A stretch of 56,055 bases of DNA from Ministeria vibrans ATCC 50519. Taxonomy: Eukaryota > Protista > Filasterea. Each line of letters opens with the position of its first letter. Position 1 is the first letter of the stretch. Shown here piece after piece: positions 1 to 14,641 of the stretch. A program made the translations under genes and the position numbers. The notes under the pieces are model-generated. The model was given only the letters and a program-made list of their open reading frames with translations. It did not search any database and had not been told where the DNA came from. The DNA is taken from assembly GCA_943704425.1 (NCBI GenBank), contig CALSCP010001260.1, forward strand, positions 15,862 through 71,916, written 5' to 3'.

Positions 1-2
1 GT

Positions 3-1470
3 GGTGGTGGTGGTGGTGGTGGTGGTGGTGGTGGTGGTGGCGATGACAGTCACTGGGAACTAGCGTTGCGTCTTATGGCGGGCGCCAAAGGCTCTCCGCA
101 AGTGTCCCGCCGTGTTGTCGACGAACCCCCGCGCCTCAATGTAGCCCCAGAGTCGGACTGGGTCATTGACGTGAGCGAGAGTGTTGATATTAACCGGCGC
201 GAGTGGAGTGAAGGCTTCAGCGAAGGCTTTCCTCTCGAATTTCTCGACCCTGCCGCCTTTTGCTACCGTCGTCTGGTCTACGGTCGTGAACACTACATCT
301 TCTTTGTCTCCGCCAAGTATGGTGGTCCAGCGGTCGTCTCCTCTCTCTTTGATCGCCCCTCGGGCACTCTTCTCCTCCTTGCACGCCTCACTGAACACAC
401 CATCATTACGGAACTCCCCCTTGCCGCAGTTGTCAGCCACGCCATCGACGAGGGTGACCTCACCCTCCCCGGCTATGTCCACGAGAGCCTCCTTCAGCAC
501 TACAAAGCCGAGCAGCAGCAACAACAACAACAACAACACCACCACCACCATCATCATCAACAACAACAACAGCAGCAGCACAGCTTGGATCATACCGAGA
601 GCTCTGGCAATCGCTCTGGTGACTCTATTCAGTCACACCGTGAGTCGTGGTCAGGACCTTCTTCGTCTTTGGGCTCCACCGCAAGTCCTCCCATCTCTGC
701 GAGTGCATTTGCTCTGCCCGACACATCACTTCTTTTGTCCGAAATGACCCAGGAAAACGCCGCGATTCTCACACGTTCCGCCATTGGCTACACGACAGAC
801 ACCAAGCTGGAACACCTGGAGCCGGTGTCGTCGCTTTCGGCGGCCGCCGACCAAGTCCTTGACTTTGACGAGCATGTTGTCTCGCGTCAGTACAAGTTTG
901 GTGTACTCTACTGCGACAAGGGTCAAGTGAGTGAAGTGGAAATGCTTTCGAACCGCAGCCACTCGAGCACGTTTGAGGCGTTCCTATTGCTCCTCGGCGA
1001 TCGCATCAAGCTTCAGGGCTTCAAAGGCTATCGCGGTGGTCTCCAGCAAGAGGAAGAGTCCATCTACACTCGCTACTGTCAGCGCGAAATTATGTTCCAC
1101 GTTTCCACCATGATTCCTTTCACGCCAAATGATCCTCAACAGGTAATTGCATTTGTTTTACAAAAAAATTGCGACAATGACAACAATAATAATAATAATA
1201 ATCAGTAAAAAATTATTATCCGTTTTTATTTCTTATTATTATTGCTGTTATTGTTGTTGTTATTATCAGGTAGTCTCTAACACTCTTTTTTTTGTGTGTG
1301 TGTGTTCAGGTCAATCGAAAGAAGCACTTGGGCAACGACATTGTCTGCTTCGTGTACAAAGAAGACGATTCTCCCTTTGATCCCGACTCTATTCGGTGAG
1401 GCCTATCTCTTCTTTCTTGTGCTTTTTTTTCTTCTTTTTCTGACACTTTGTTCCCCTTTCTCACTTTGTA

Positions 1471-1533
<63 letters not shown>

Positions 1534-2317
1534 TTTTGCCTTTGTTTTTCCTCTCTTAGCTCACAATACTTGCACGTTTTTATTGTGGTGCGCGCCTTCC
1601 CGCAGTCATCGGGTCTGCCCGCTCGCTACACCGTGTCTGTATTGCGTCGCTCGAGCATGCCCAAGTTTGGTCCGAGTGCACCATCGCCTAATTTTGATCA
1701 TGGCCAGCCATTCCGCAACTTCCTGTTGGCCAAGGCAATGAATGCCGAGCACGCGTCACACTCGGTGCCCAAATTATTGAGTCTAAAGCATCGACGTCGT
1801 ACCCTCATGTTGCGCATGCTCGTCGGGGGATTTGCTTCGGCAGCCGCCGCCGTCGCCAAGGCTGAGCCAGAGACCAAGAAGAAGGCGGAGGAGATGTTAT
1901 CGCCTGCCAGTCGCAAATCAGCCGCCGAGCAGAGCGCTTTAACCTCTGCCGTCTCCTACGACGGCCTTCGCTCGAGTGCCAATTCTAGCGTCTTGCGTGG
2001 GTCTATCGAACGTGAGTCAACCTCCATGACTGCCATCGATGCCGTTGGTCTCTATCCGTCCTGCAACGACAGTTTTGAATCGGGTCTGCCCCGGCGTCGT
2101 CTCAGTTCGTCGCTCACCAAGAAGAATCTTGCCACATCCGTCTCACACGCCTTTCACGAGCGTCACCAATCTCGTGCCGTGGCCATTCCATCGTCGGACG
2201 AGGAGGAGTCCACTTCGCCCCAGCCACTGCGACATGTCGACTCCTCTACCACTGTCGTCAATCTCGCCTCGACCTCTACTCCATCTCCCTTGCACGTGTC
2301 CACTTCCGTTGCCCCAT

Positions 2318-2350
<33 letters not shown>

Positions 2351-3204
2351 ACGTCGCCAACGTCGCCGCCGCCGCAGCAGCAGCAGCAGTCGTCTTGCCT
2401 GCACCCACGCCCGCGCCTGTACCTGCGACAGTTGAACCTCGCAAGCGCCGCTTCTTTCACCTTGGACGATCTTCCGTGTCCGGCACTTCTGGTCATACGG
2501 GACCGTCGCGATCCAGTGCAGGCGGTGGGACTGCTCTCGACACGGACAACGATGTATATGGCATGTCGCGTGCCGTTTCCTCGTCGCCCGTGAACAAAGC
2601 GGGCCTCGGCGGCAGCCTCTCGGCGTCTTCGTACCCCTCCACTGGCTGTGGCGTTGGTAATGTAAGCCTTGGCAGCAATGCGTTGTCGACCTCGGTACTC
2701 TCGACTGTCGGTGCGAGCACCGCTCCTTTGCCCGCTTCTGGCTCCCAGGCGCCGTCGCCCACTGCGACAGACACGCACCGGCTCTCGGGTGGCTCTGAGC
2801 TTTACAAGCGCTTCATTGGTCTGTTGCCTTTTCGCGACCGCCACGTGAGCCCCAACATCGAGGAAGCGAGCGAGGCCGATGCCTCGTCGACGGTCAACGA
2901 CGAAGATGGCACCACATCGCCGCCCACCTCCCCACGTTTCCGACGCAAGAAGAGCAGCGGTGCCGTGTTGTCGCCAAAATCACGCAAGAGCTCTAGGGCC
3001 GTCGCCTTGCCCAATCGCTCGCCCTTAAGCACCTCTCGTGACAGCTCCGCCGCGTCAAGCACAACGTCGTTTGACGCTGCACAGCCAGTTCAGCGGCAAT
3101 CTAGCGACCAAGCGTCCACGTCGTCCCACCATACGCTCCTGGCGTCTTTCAACGAGACCATTGCGCTCCACTCGCAGTCGCGTCAGTCCGAAGATCTTGT
3201 TTGA
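3..3204 (+). CDS. Rap/Ran-GAP domain protein (5' partial; 3 exons visible: <3-1142, 1310-1395, 1560-3204)
   Basis: The spliced product contains RapGAP motifs YKFGVLY, F..FL.LLG..I.L.GFKGYRGGL, EIMFHVST..P, and across junctions QQ|VNRKKHLGNDIV...DSIR|SQYLHVFIVV, then FRNFLLAKAMNAE. Introns are GT-AG. The frame is open to the window edge (poly-Gly). It has poly-Q/H tracts and a long Ser-rich tail. Confidence 0.9.
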
Positions 3205-3429
3205 TCTTTTTTTTCTAATTTGTATCAGTTTGCCGTCCTATTCCCCACTGTAAGCTATCTCTCACTTTTTTTTCGCTCTCTCTTTCTCTCTCTCTCTCTT
3301 TCTCTCTCTCTTTCATTCGCTCTTCATGTCACTTTGATTCTTTCTCCCTCCTCTCTTGTACATGATTAAACAACAATAATAATTGAACTGGTACTTTTAA
3401 AAAAAACAATTGTACAAATAAGCGGGGCA

Positions 3430-5024
3430 TCACGAGTGTTGAATGTGCACAGCCTTGACATCGAGGTAGTCGTGGATGCCGAGGACGGAACCCTCGCGGC
3501 CCGAGCCGCTCTCCTTGACGCCGCCAAAAGGCGCGAGCGGGCTGCCAATGACGCCCGTGTTGACACCGACCATGCCGAAGGAGAGTGCCTCGCTCGCTCG
3601 CATCGTGCGTCCCAGATCGCGTGTGAACACGTAGGCTGCCAGACCCCAAGGTGTTGCGTTCGCTCGCGCGTACACCTCGGCCTCGTCATCGAAAGTGAAG
3701 AGTGCCGATACTGGCCCAAACGTCTCTTCGGTGCTCACCCGCATTGCGTCGTGGCACCCATCTACCACAGTGGGCACATAGAAGGTGTGTGTGCCGGCAA
3801 GACGCTCGCCACCGCAGCGCACTCGCGCACCCCGCTCCACGGCGTCGGCCACATGCGCGGCAACCTTGTCAACGGCACGCGCATTGATCAGCGGTCCAAC
3901 CGTCGTGGCCGGTGCGAATCCATCGCCGACTACCAGTTTGCTTGTTGCGGCACTGAGGCGCTGCGCGAACTCTTCGGCAATTTTGCGGTGAACAAAAATG
4001 CGATTGGCACTGATGCATGTCTGGCCTGCATTGCGGAACTTGCAGGCAATAGCGCCGGCAACGGCGACGTCGAGATCGGCGTCGTCAAACACAACGACGG
4101 GCGCATTCCCGCCAAGTTCCATGGAAACACGCTTAACGGTTGTCGCTGACTGTGCAAGCAAAATCTTCCCAACCATTGTGCTGCCGGTAAAGGAGATTTT
4201 GCGCACGCGCTCATCGTTGCAGAGTGCCTGACCGATGGAGGAGGCGCGATCACGGTCGCTCGTGACCACATTGACCACACCCGCCGGCACGCCCGCCTGC
4301 ATTGCCAGTTCGGCAAATGCCAAAGCCGACAGCGGAGTTTCTTCGGCAGGGCGCAACACCGAGGCACAGCCTGCGGCGAGGGCCGCGGCAAGTTTGCGCG
4401 CTGCCATTCCGTTAGGGAAGTTCCATGGCGTGATGAATCCGCACACGCCGACTGGTTGCCGCAGCACCATGGTCGTGCGTCCCGTCACCACAGACGGCAC
4501 TGTCATGCCATTCACGCGGAGTGCTTCGCCGGCGAAAAAGTCAATGTACGAAGCGCCATACGCGATCTCACCTCGCTAATACCAGAGTAAAATAAATTGA
4601 ATGATCATAGTTGTTATACTTCGGTTTGCCTCGTACCGCTTCCGACAAAGGTTTTCCTTGTTCTGCAGACAAAATCTGGGCCAAAGGCTCGGCATTGTCG
4701 AGGATGAGACGGTGCAGACGGGTGAGCATGCCGGCGCGTTCGGGTGCGGCGAGGCGGGCGAAGGACGCTTGCGCCTGGCTCGCAGCGCCAATTGCGTCGG
4801 TCGTCTCGTCGACGGTGCAGTGCGCAGCGTCGCTGAGTGTCGCGCCTGTTGACGGGTCGGTGATGGCGTAGGTCTGGGCGGCGTCTACAAAGCGGGGCAG
4901 GCCGTGTCAGCAGAGCAACGAGCGGGAGTGCAGATGAATGAATACGTTTCCATTCGCCATTGACCAGGTACTTTCCGTGCCTCAAAAGATTGGAGGGGAT
5001 GTTCGCAAGTTTGTTCTTGGCCAT
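3430..5024 (-). CDS. ALDH5A1: Succinate-semialdehyde dehydrogenase (ALDH family; exons 5024-4946, 4884-4637, 4575-3430)
   Basis: Motifs ITPWNFP, SFTGST, SMELGGNAP, KFRNAGQTC (catalytic Cys), EETFGP, PFGGVKESG.GREGS; junction GKPLSEA|RGEIAYGASY is typical of GabD/SSADH. Confidence 0.92.
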
Positions 5025-5271
5025 TTCAACTCGCTAGATTCTCAAGACTCAATAATGAAGAAAGGGATTAAAATAAAAATAATATAAATAACATTTATAC
5101 TTGATCGGGTTAAGTAGATGACAACCAATCGTGACAGAGTGGGTGAGTGAGTCAATGAGACAGTTAGACAGGCAGAGGTGTAGTCAGATGGTCAAATGTT
5201 GATAGGTATAATAATTATGATGGAAAAATTTGTACAAATGTTGAACTGTTTCTTTGCGGGGGTCTTTCGGA

Positions 5272-6441
5272 CTACATCTCGTCACCGTGCTCGGCCAGCT
5301 CGTGCGCATGGAGATCAGCAGCACAGCGAAACTCATCGCCGCAAATGGGACAAGAGGAGAGGGGCTGTTGCGTTTCTTGGAGAGAATGGTAGGAGGAGGA
5401 AGGAGAGAGGGACATGAGGGAGACGGGCGTGCCGCTCGAGCCTTCGTTGGACGACGACGACGACGACTCGTGTCTCGGTCGTGATGACGATAATGTGCCC
5501 CTACGCCGTGCACGCGAGCGCCTCACAAGATCTCGCGTCTCGGAGGGGGAGTGCGTGCGCAGGTGCGCTGCCACTGAGTTGTGGTGGCGGAAGCAGCGCG
5601 TGCAGCCGGGAACAGGACAGGTGAGTGGCTTCGCGCCACTGTGGATCATCTGATGGCGCCGCAGAACGCTGGCGAGAGTAAAGCTGTCGCCACAATCGTC
5701 GCAAACAAAGGGCCGCATATGAAAGTGGGCGGTAAGAACATGTAGCAAGACTTGGGTACGCGATCTGAAAGTCGTCTCCTTTTCGCACCCGCGCCAGTGG
5801 CAGCGGTGCACGCCCGTCTCAATGTGCTCCCCGACGTGTCTCTCAGCGATGTCTTGCCCATGCAGCTCAGCGCCGCACACGGTGCCGTCTGACTCCATCC
5901 AGGCACAAGTACCACTCACGGGACGCTGGGTGGCGGCGACACGTGCCGCTTTGCGTCGCTGGCGGGGTGTCATCAGCGCCGAGTCGCTCAGGCGGGAGCA
6001 ACTCGTTGTCGCTGGTGTGCCGGTAGTTGGGATCGCCATGTCGGCACGTGAGGCCGTGGCACTTGCAGTCGTGTTTGGGTGAGTATGGGCGGGAGAATGG
6101 CGCGGCAGAGGTGAGGGGTGCGAGAGGGCGGGGTTTGTTTGAAAGTGTGCGGGCGTTTGAAATGCTTCCTGGCTTCTCAGCGCATGAATGGGCGTCTTGC
6201 CGCGCTGATCAAATGTGGGGAAAGGGTAAGAGCGCATTGCAGTAGTTGTTGGAACTGGCGCGGCAGTTGTTGTCGCTCCTGGCGGAGTGTACGGGACTGG
6301 CGCAAAGTTAATCGGCGATCGTGTGACTTGAAGGTCGGGCTGCAGCAGGGGAGGCGGCGTGAAACGAGGCACGCGCGACGAGGCATGGTCAGGCGACTCT
6401 GATGGCCAAAAAAAGATGATCCAGGTGTCCATTAGAGCCAT
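5272..6441 (-). CDS. C2H2 zinc-finger transcription factor
   Basis: 389-aa ORF with consecutive C2H2 fingers (CHWRGC...H...H, CDDCG..F.....L.RH...H, linker HSGAKPL, CPVPGC..H...H) and a C-terminal finger. Start codon uncertain. Confidence 0.85.
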   Translation of the reverse strand: MALMDTWIIFFWPSESPDHASSRVPRFTPPPLLQPDLQVTRSPINFAPVPYTPPGATTTAAPVPTTTAMRSYPFPTFDQRGKTPIHALRSQEAFQTPAHFQTNPALSHPSPLPRHSPAHTHPNTTASATASRADMAIPTTGTPATTSCSRLSDSALMTPRQRRKAARVAATQRPVSGTCAWMESDGTVCGAELHGQDIAERHVGEHIETGVHRCHWRGCEKETTFRSRTQVLLHVLTAHFHMRPFVCDDCGDSFTLASVLRRHQMIHSGAKPLTCPVPGCTRCFRHHNSVAAHLRTHSPSETRDLVRRSRARRRGTLSSSRPRHESSSSSSNEGSSGTPVSLMSLSPSSSYHSLQETQQPLSSCPICGDEFRCAADLHAHELAEHGDEM

Positions 6442-7459
6442 CCGAACGCTGTGAAAGAAAACGATTGTTACTGTTGTTTTTTTTTCTCAAGGATTCTCTA
6501 GAAATTTTCTCTCAGGGGCGATAAGAAAACACACGAGCGAGCTGGAGAGTGGGCACGGCCGTCGACTCACTCGTCGGTCGGTCGGTTGATAGTGCACTCT
6601 TGCGCTGGGAGTCTGGGAGCAAAGCAGCTTGTGTGGAGGTGGATCGTGCAGTGGTGTGAAAACAAAACGGCTTTTTTGGCGAACTGGGTCGCGACGGGTG
6701 CTGGCGATTGCCAATGGTACGCGACGTCTCCCGTGCACGATAAGGACCCGATAGAGATTGTTATGTACCTTTAAGAGACCGAAAAAGCACGAAATAAGCG
6801 AAATAAAAGTGTTTGAAAGGCCATTAGAGGCGAGGTGTCAAGTAATTGCGAATGATCGGGCGAGGTGTGACTTCCGTCGATGTGCACCAGGAGAAGGTCG
6901 TGTTTCCGCCGAATTCTCTACGATGCACTCAGTAATTGTCCATTACGTGTTATCGTGCGCGATTTTGGGTGATTGCAGTCCAGATGGGCCCAAACGAGAG
7001 ATAATGGTTTTCTAAAAAAAGCGTGTGAAAATGTTGTCGCCTCAAACTTGACATAAAAATCGGCAATCACACGCTGAGTGCACCTCCATACAATGTATTT
7101 TTGGCATTTAGTTGCCTCCTAGGGTCCGGATGCGCGTGGTGGTGACCTGGGTCGGCGCAGGGGGGCTGGGCCCATTCGGCGACAGTCCGAGACGGACCTA
7201 AGATGCCTCAGTCTGGTGGAAAACACTCTTGTGGCTCTACGAGTGCCATGGTATGACTGCAATCCAAGGTATCCGAAGGAATTTGGCCTCGCCTATGGCC
7301 GTGAAAGCGGAACTTTTGAGGGTGTTAGAGTAAATTGTTCGATAAGGAAATGAAAAAAAAAAAAGGCTATCGGATAAGAGAAGAGCCTGGCGTAGCGGAC
7401 GATGCAGCCAATCATCTTGAATGGGTTGATGTGGGCTTTGAGCGCCTAGCGAGGGCAAG

Positions 7460-7820
7460 GCAGGCGACGTGAGATGTTTCGATGTGGAACGAGTGAGTCA
7501 CAGTTTGGGTTCAGGTTTGGTCAGAGCGAATATGCAAGCAAGCAAGCAAGGTGGGCAGGGGCCGGGGCAGGATGTGTCCACGACTTACTCTATGCTGGAT
7601 GAGCATGGTACGCGCCCAGTGGCGAATGACAAGCGACGTGGGATGTTTCGATCTGGGCGATACCCAAACCATTTGCGGTTTTAGTCAGGGGCGAATGTTT
7701 GGCGAATGCAAGCAAGGTGGGCTGGGGCAAGGAAGAATGCGTCCACGACTCACTCCACGCTAAATAAGCATTGTACGCCCAATGGCGAATGACAAGTGAC
7801 GTGAGAATGTTTCGATATGA
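7460..7820. repeat. Degenerate tandem repeat, ~165-170 bp period, just over 2 copies
   Basis: Recurring blocks gacgtg(a/g)gatgtttcgat (3x), gcaagcaaggtgggc (2x), gtccacgact.act (2x), tggcgaatgacaag (2x). Confidence 0.7.
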
Positions 7821-7875
7821 TGTACGTGTGTGATTCATTGTGTTGCTATGTGCTATTCGCTTGTTGTACTTGAGC

Positions 7876-9181
<1,306 letters not shown>

Positions 9182-9250
9182 TGTAGTTTGTGACAGAAAC
9201 AATGACCAAACGTCCAACACAATCAAAATTTATATGAATAATATTATTAA

Positions 9251-9293
<43 letters not shown>

Positions 9294-9479
9294 TTAAGAT
9301 GGTAAATAATTAATTGTAACTTGTAAAAGAAAAAGAAAGAAGAAGACCAATTCAATAAAAGAAAAGCGACAACACAAACAGGAAATAAAGTATGTGCCAG
9401 CTATCGTGAGAGCTCGAATATAATAGTAGTAATGATAAAAATTAATATTTTATTAACAAACGTAGGTAGGAGAAAAGAC

Positions 9480-9820
9480 TCAGACCGTTGTGGATTTGAG
9501 TACAGTGTCTTCGTCTTCGTGAGTGCACAACTGGGAACTGGTGGAGAGCATGGCGAGAAAGTCGTCGCTGACGACAGTGAGAGAATCCACGCTGGAGCGG
9601 CGGGCGGGTGGGTCAACACCGACAAAGGTCGGGGTAGAGCGTGTGATCGTGGGAAGATCACTGAGCATGGTGGACCGGGGTGGCGAGGCTTCCTTGGCCA
9701 CCCCCGCCTCCTGATCATCATTCTCCTTCTTGGTATCAGTTGTGTCCGGGAAAATCGGCCGGTGTTGGGGCATTGCACTTGTGCTATGCGACGAAAACAG
9801 ACCTGTGCAACCCAAGTGTA

Positions 9821-9874
<54 letters not shown>

Positions 9875-9922
9875 TAATATAATAATAATAATAACAATAA
9901 TAATAATAATAATAATAATAAT

Positions 9923-9954
<32 letters not shown>

Positions 9955-11795
9955 ATTGTAGTAGTATTGTACCTTTGAAACGAAGGCGGCGTCTTTGGTC
10001 GGGACTGCCAAGTGGGAGGGAGTTGAAGCTGCCCTCAAATGACTTGGGTTCGCTGTTGCTGCCCAGACTGCATCTCTCGGAGTGTACACTGCTGCATGGG
10101 GAGATGCGATTGCTGCCGCCACGACTCGCCGAGCCTGACGGCACCTGGAAGTAGGTGATGTCGTCAAGATTGACAGGACGACGGCCACCCGTCGAGCTGT
10201 AGACGGAAAGGCCGGCGCGCGCGCGTAGCGACTGGGTGGGCGAGGCTGGGGTCGACGAATAGCGCGCGCGTGGCGACTGGGTGGGCGAGGCTGGGGTCGA
10301 CGAATAATAGGTGGAACGCGAGGAGCGCAGCGGTCGTGGGCTGTATGGGTGGTGGTGGTGCGGGGTCGTGCTGGCGCTGTTGCTGCTGGTGCCGCCCATC
10401 TGGCCATCGTTGAAACTATCGACCGAATGCGTGAGACTCGAGGAGCGACACATGTGGCTCTCTGTGGGCTCGTCAAATGCCCCTTGTGAAAGCTGTGTTG
10501 CCAGACGACGCATCTCGTCGGTAGCACTCAAAACGCTCATCGAGTCTGAGTCGACAGAGTAAGACGACGCGTCGTGTGCGTTGCTTAGACCGCCAGACAG
10601 ACTGCGGCGGCTGTCGGGCGTCGCGGGTTTGCTTGTGGGAAGCAACAGAAACTCTTGCAAGGCTCTGTCAATGGCCTCAAACCAACTGTCGCGGACTGGA
10701 GCAGACTCAAACCTTACGAAGATCTTACAGTCGCCCGGCAAGCGCAGTTCTAAAGCTGCGCATGCTACCAAAACACATTCTTCGGTGACCTGGCAGCGCA
10801 TCACGTCTCGTATTGCAATTGAATACAGTGGTGGGGATTTGTCAGAAGTCTACGTATGAAGACCATGTGGTGATCAGAAGTGGTAAATGAATTATTTTGG
10901 CTTTTTGCTATTTTTGCGTGATATTTAAACTTGAGTCACGCCCCAAATGCAACCAAAATGAAAAAATCGCATTAAAAGACCCATTTGTGACACAGTTCAC
11001 AGTTCACACTTCACAGTTGTACACCAAAGGTGAAAGACGGTCAGAGTTACAAATATTGACGCGTGAGTGAAGCGACACAAAAAACCTTAACTACTCACGA
11101 ACGACTGACACGGTTACAACGAGGTCACACCACAGTCATGACATAATAATGTCCGAACTGTGAGCATTACGCAGGATAGTCATACAGCGTCGCACTTGCA
11201 GGGTATGCCGAGTGCTTCGGCAACGCGTAAGAAGGCAGAACAGTATTTTTAGGGAATCGCTTCTTTTTCAACGTCACAGGGTTGCCACGAGGAAGCGACA
11301 CGAGCCAACACGAAACAGGCAGAAATCATGTGGAACCGCCAGCTATTGGCTCATAATTGACTGGTTGCATGGGTAGGGAGTGTTGCAGGGAGAGGGATGC
11401 GATACTCATTACTCTCTCTTGCCACAAGAAAAACGTTCGAGAAACGACCAAATTTCTTTTGGTTCGAATTTTGTTTTACTCCGTACCTCGCTTCGCCGGT
11501 AAAAAGCGAGTCCCTTGGACGTAAGTACAAGGTACCGTTTGTGCCAGAGGCCTGGAGAGGCAACATCTTCAAGGTCAACATATCCCTGGTGCACTACAGC
11601 GCCGCCAAGGTGGATGGGATGCTGCGCGGAAGCATGACAGAGTCGCCAGAAACGCGGTATTTTGGTCGCGAGATAGGGCACGTGAGGCATGTTCGGTGCA
11701 GAGACGGTGCCAAGTGATGGCGAGTGTTTCAGTTTGCCTCTGCGTTTTTTCACAGCATCCGTCGGCTCTACGCCTGCCGAACTCCGATCCAACAT
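9480..11795 (-). CDS. PH-domain protein with Ser-rich disordered tail (exons ~11795-11487, 10849-~9973, ~9801-9480)
   Basis: VHQGYV...WHKRYLVLTSKGLAFYR|...LYSIAI..V..C...LEL...IFVRFES...RDSWFEAI is a PH fold joined by a GT-AG intron. Start uncertain. Confidence 0.7.
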
Positions 11796-12964
11796 CCCCA
11801 AGAAAATAAGCGAAAAGAAAGTTCCCAACGTTGGAAGTCGGCACCAGCACCCGCAATGATAATGTCTCTTGGGCCAAGTGGTGTAGAGTGTAGAATGTAC
11901 ACGCCCGCGGTCCAAAAAGATGTTGGTGAGAGGGATGAAAAGAGACTGACTGACTGAAATCGATCGCGTTGAAACCGCAAATTTCCAATTTTTCACAAAG
12001 CCTTCGAGTGAGATTTGAGAAGGACTCAGAACTCACTCTCAACTCAGGTCTCAGAAGTGAGAAGGGGCAATAAATGGGCATTGTGAAGTAAATGCCACAT
12101 TGTCACAGATTCGTCAAAGGGACCATCAATCAAAGGGATAACGGGTGAGGGACACATTGTCCTCTCCTACTCCACTTTGGCACTCCCATGAGTGAACCCA
12201 TCGCTCAATATATAAAACCCATGTCTTTATTGCCTCATATGAGTGATGGGCCCGATTCTCGTTTCAACACGTGTGCTTTTTGCGGTAAAGTGTATGCAAA
12301 GCATCCAACTCCCATGAGAACCAATAAGCGATTTCAATCAGCCTCGTGTCCCAACCAGTACCTGTACGGAGTAATCTGGTGCCTATCGCGCCACTTGTCT
12401 GGCTATCACTCATCAGCCAACCAGACCCACCTGTCTGGCTGTCTCTGTTCCTTCTTGATGCTTCTGTAGCCCACTATGCTTAGAAGGTGGCTCTAAGCTG
12501 TTTGCTATATTCTATTTTTGGCTTGAGTTTCGCTTGAGTCAGTCTTTTTATTCAACGTTTTATTTCCGCGCCTCCTCATCAACTCGCCCCAAGTTTCGTG
12601 TTTACTGGATAGAGTTTAGAGACTTTAGACTAAATAGACAGGCAACAGCTCGCGCCTCACAGCTGTAAGCTGTTGCAGCTGTCAGAGCACGCCCCCACTG
12701 GGGGTACGGCGTACCATTGTCACCCCACCCTGGGGATAACAATTGCACTTCCTCTTCAGAGGTTGTAGATATGGTGACTGTATCATGAATAAATCATAAA
12801 TGGGCTGTATTGTTCTCATATCTCAATGATGTTACCTCTAGCTAGAGACGAGAGACACACTAAAGATTCGATTGAGTCGGTGACTCAAATTTCATTTCAT
12901 TTAACAGAGCCGACTACTCTAGTACTCTTAAGTCTTAACCCTTTTAATACAACACTACAGCGAC

Positions 12965-14609
12965 ATGGGGAAAGAGGATGACTTGCTGCGTGCAGCGGTA
13001 GAGGGCGACGTAGCGAAAACCGAAAAACTTTTGACCAAACCTCACGGGAGCTTCTTCAAACGATCCACGGCTCGTGTCAAGGTACGTGTGCTGCACCGTG
13101 ATGGCGTGCGTGCTTTTCAAGGCGTGGGCGTGAGGGCAACAGCAGAGAAGTGCGATCCAACGAGAGCCCTCAGTCTCACGTCACTTCCGCTGTAGACGGA
13201 CGACGAAGACAAGCCGGCGGGCCCTGCGTCGCCCAAGCTGGAGCGAGTCAAGGTCACCCACATCAATGTGAACTGCACCGATGCAGACGGTACGGCTCTT
13301 CTGGAAAGTTCATCTTTGGTGCATGACTCACTTCACACTCCGACGCATCGCGATCAAAACACCCCTCTCTCGCACCGACCCACCGTCACAACGGCAATAA
13401 ATGCCCCTGGGGGCATCTTCAATGCATACGAATGCTGAGCGATGTCCCTCTACGTCTCTTATCAGTGTTTTTTTTTCGAAACCTTTTTTTTACGTGTAGG
13501 AAAAACTCCGCTGATTTTGGCTGCGCTCAACGGCCACACGCCTGTGATTGAGCTGCTGATTCGGCACGAGGCAGACGTGGCAGCTACTGACTCGACAGGC
13601 AATACTGCATTGAATCTGGCGGCGTGGCACGGGAAAACAGACGCATTGGACTTGCTGATGAAGCAGGGTGCGCAGGCACACGCCCCTTGCTCCACAGGCG
13701 ACACTGCGCTGCACTATGCCTGCCAATACGGCAAGACGTTTTGCATTTTGAAGTTGCTTCAAAACGGCGCCGAAGTGAAGCAGTAAGGCAAGGAAATAAC
13801 ATGAGAGCGGGGCAGTGATACGTCGTTTTCGTTTGTGTGCCTCTTGTGCCTGTGTGTTCTTTTTCATCCAGTGCAAACAACAATGGCGACACTGCTTTGG
13901 ATGTGGCTGCTCGCTACAAACGCAAAGAGGCCGTGGGTCTCATCATCGACGCTGACCCATCGCTTACCATCAAAGGAAAAGTATGAAAAATGACCAGCAA
14001 AAGAATTAGAAAATGATACCAAGGCACTTTAACAGGTGTTGCTGGAGAGTGCGCGAAACGGACACAAAGAGATTGTGCAGCAACTGCTGGACGCTGGAGT
14101 GGACGTGAATGCAACCGACGCCGAGACGTGGGACTCGGCTCTGCATTTGGCAGTCCGCTTCTTCCGCAAAAACGTACGTCTTACATTCGCCATTTTCTGA
14201 GGGATGTAATGAAAAAGGATGTGGTGCAGATTGTTGAGCTTCTACTGTTGTTTGGAGCCGACCCCGAGCTGAGTAACAAGGCCGGCGAGACGCCCTACAC
14301 CATTGTTGAGGCGTACAATGCAGAAAAGCCAAACGACCTTTATCCCATTATAGTCGGTACGATCAGTGTGTGTCGTTTGGCGATGCACGACATTCTCTAT
14401 TTCTATTTTTCTCTTTCTCCTTTTTTGTTTCTCTGTTCAATTACTGTGTTTCTCTTCACTTTTTTTCTGTACTCATTCATTGTGTTTCTCTCTCTCTAAC
14501 ACTTTGTTCTTTGTTTCTTTCTTTTTCTTCATTTCTTCTCTCTCTCTGTCACTTTCTTTCTTTCTCCCTCCTCTCTCTCTATCACTTTGTGTTTTTTTCC
14601 TCCTCTCTT

Positions 14610-14641
<32 letters not shown>

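Noticed and set aside
60-3253. Antisense and alternative-frame ORFs over the RapGAP gene (likewise over SSADH, dihydroorotase and other GC-rich exons)
   Set aside because: No recognisable domains; expected from GC-rich codon usage and microsatellites.
7150-7330. HDV-like ribozyme, RNase P/MRP or snRNA
   Set aside because: Only a short CGAATGGG resemblance and an Sm-like T-run; the required pseudoknot pairings and conserved boxes could not be built.
10225-10305. 39-bp tandem duplication (YSSTPASPTQS.RAR x2) in the PH-domain gene
   Set aside because: Real, but an ordinary in-frame slippage duplication in a disordered region.
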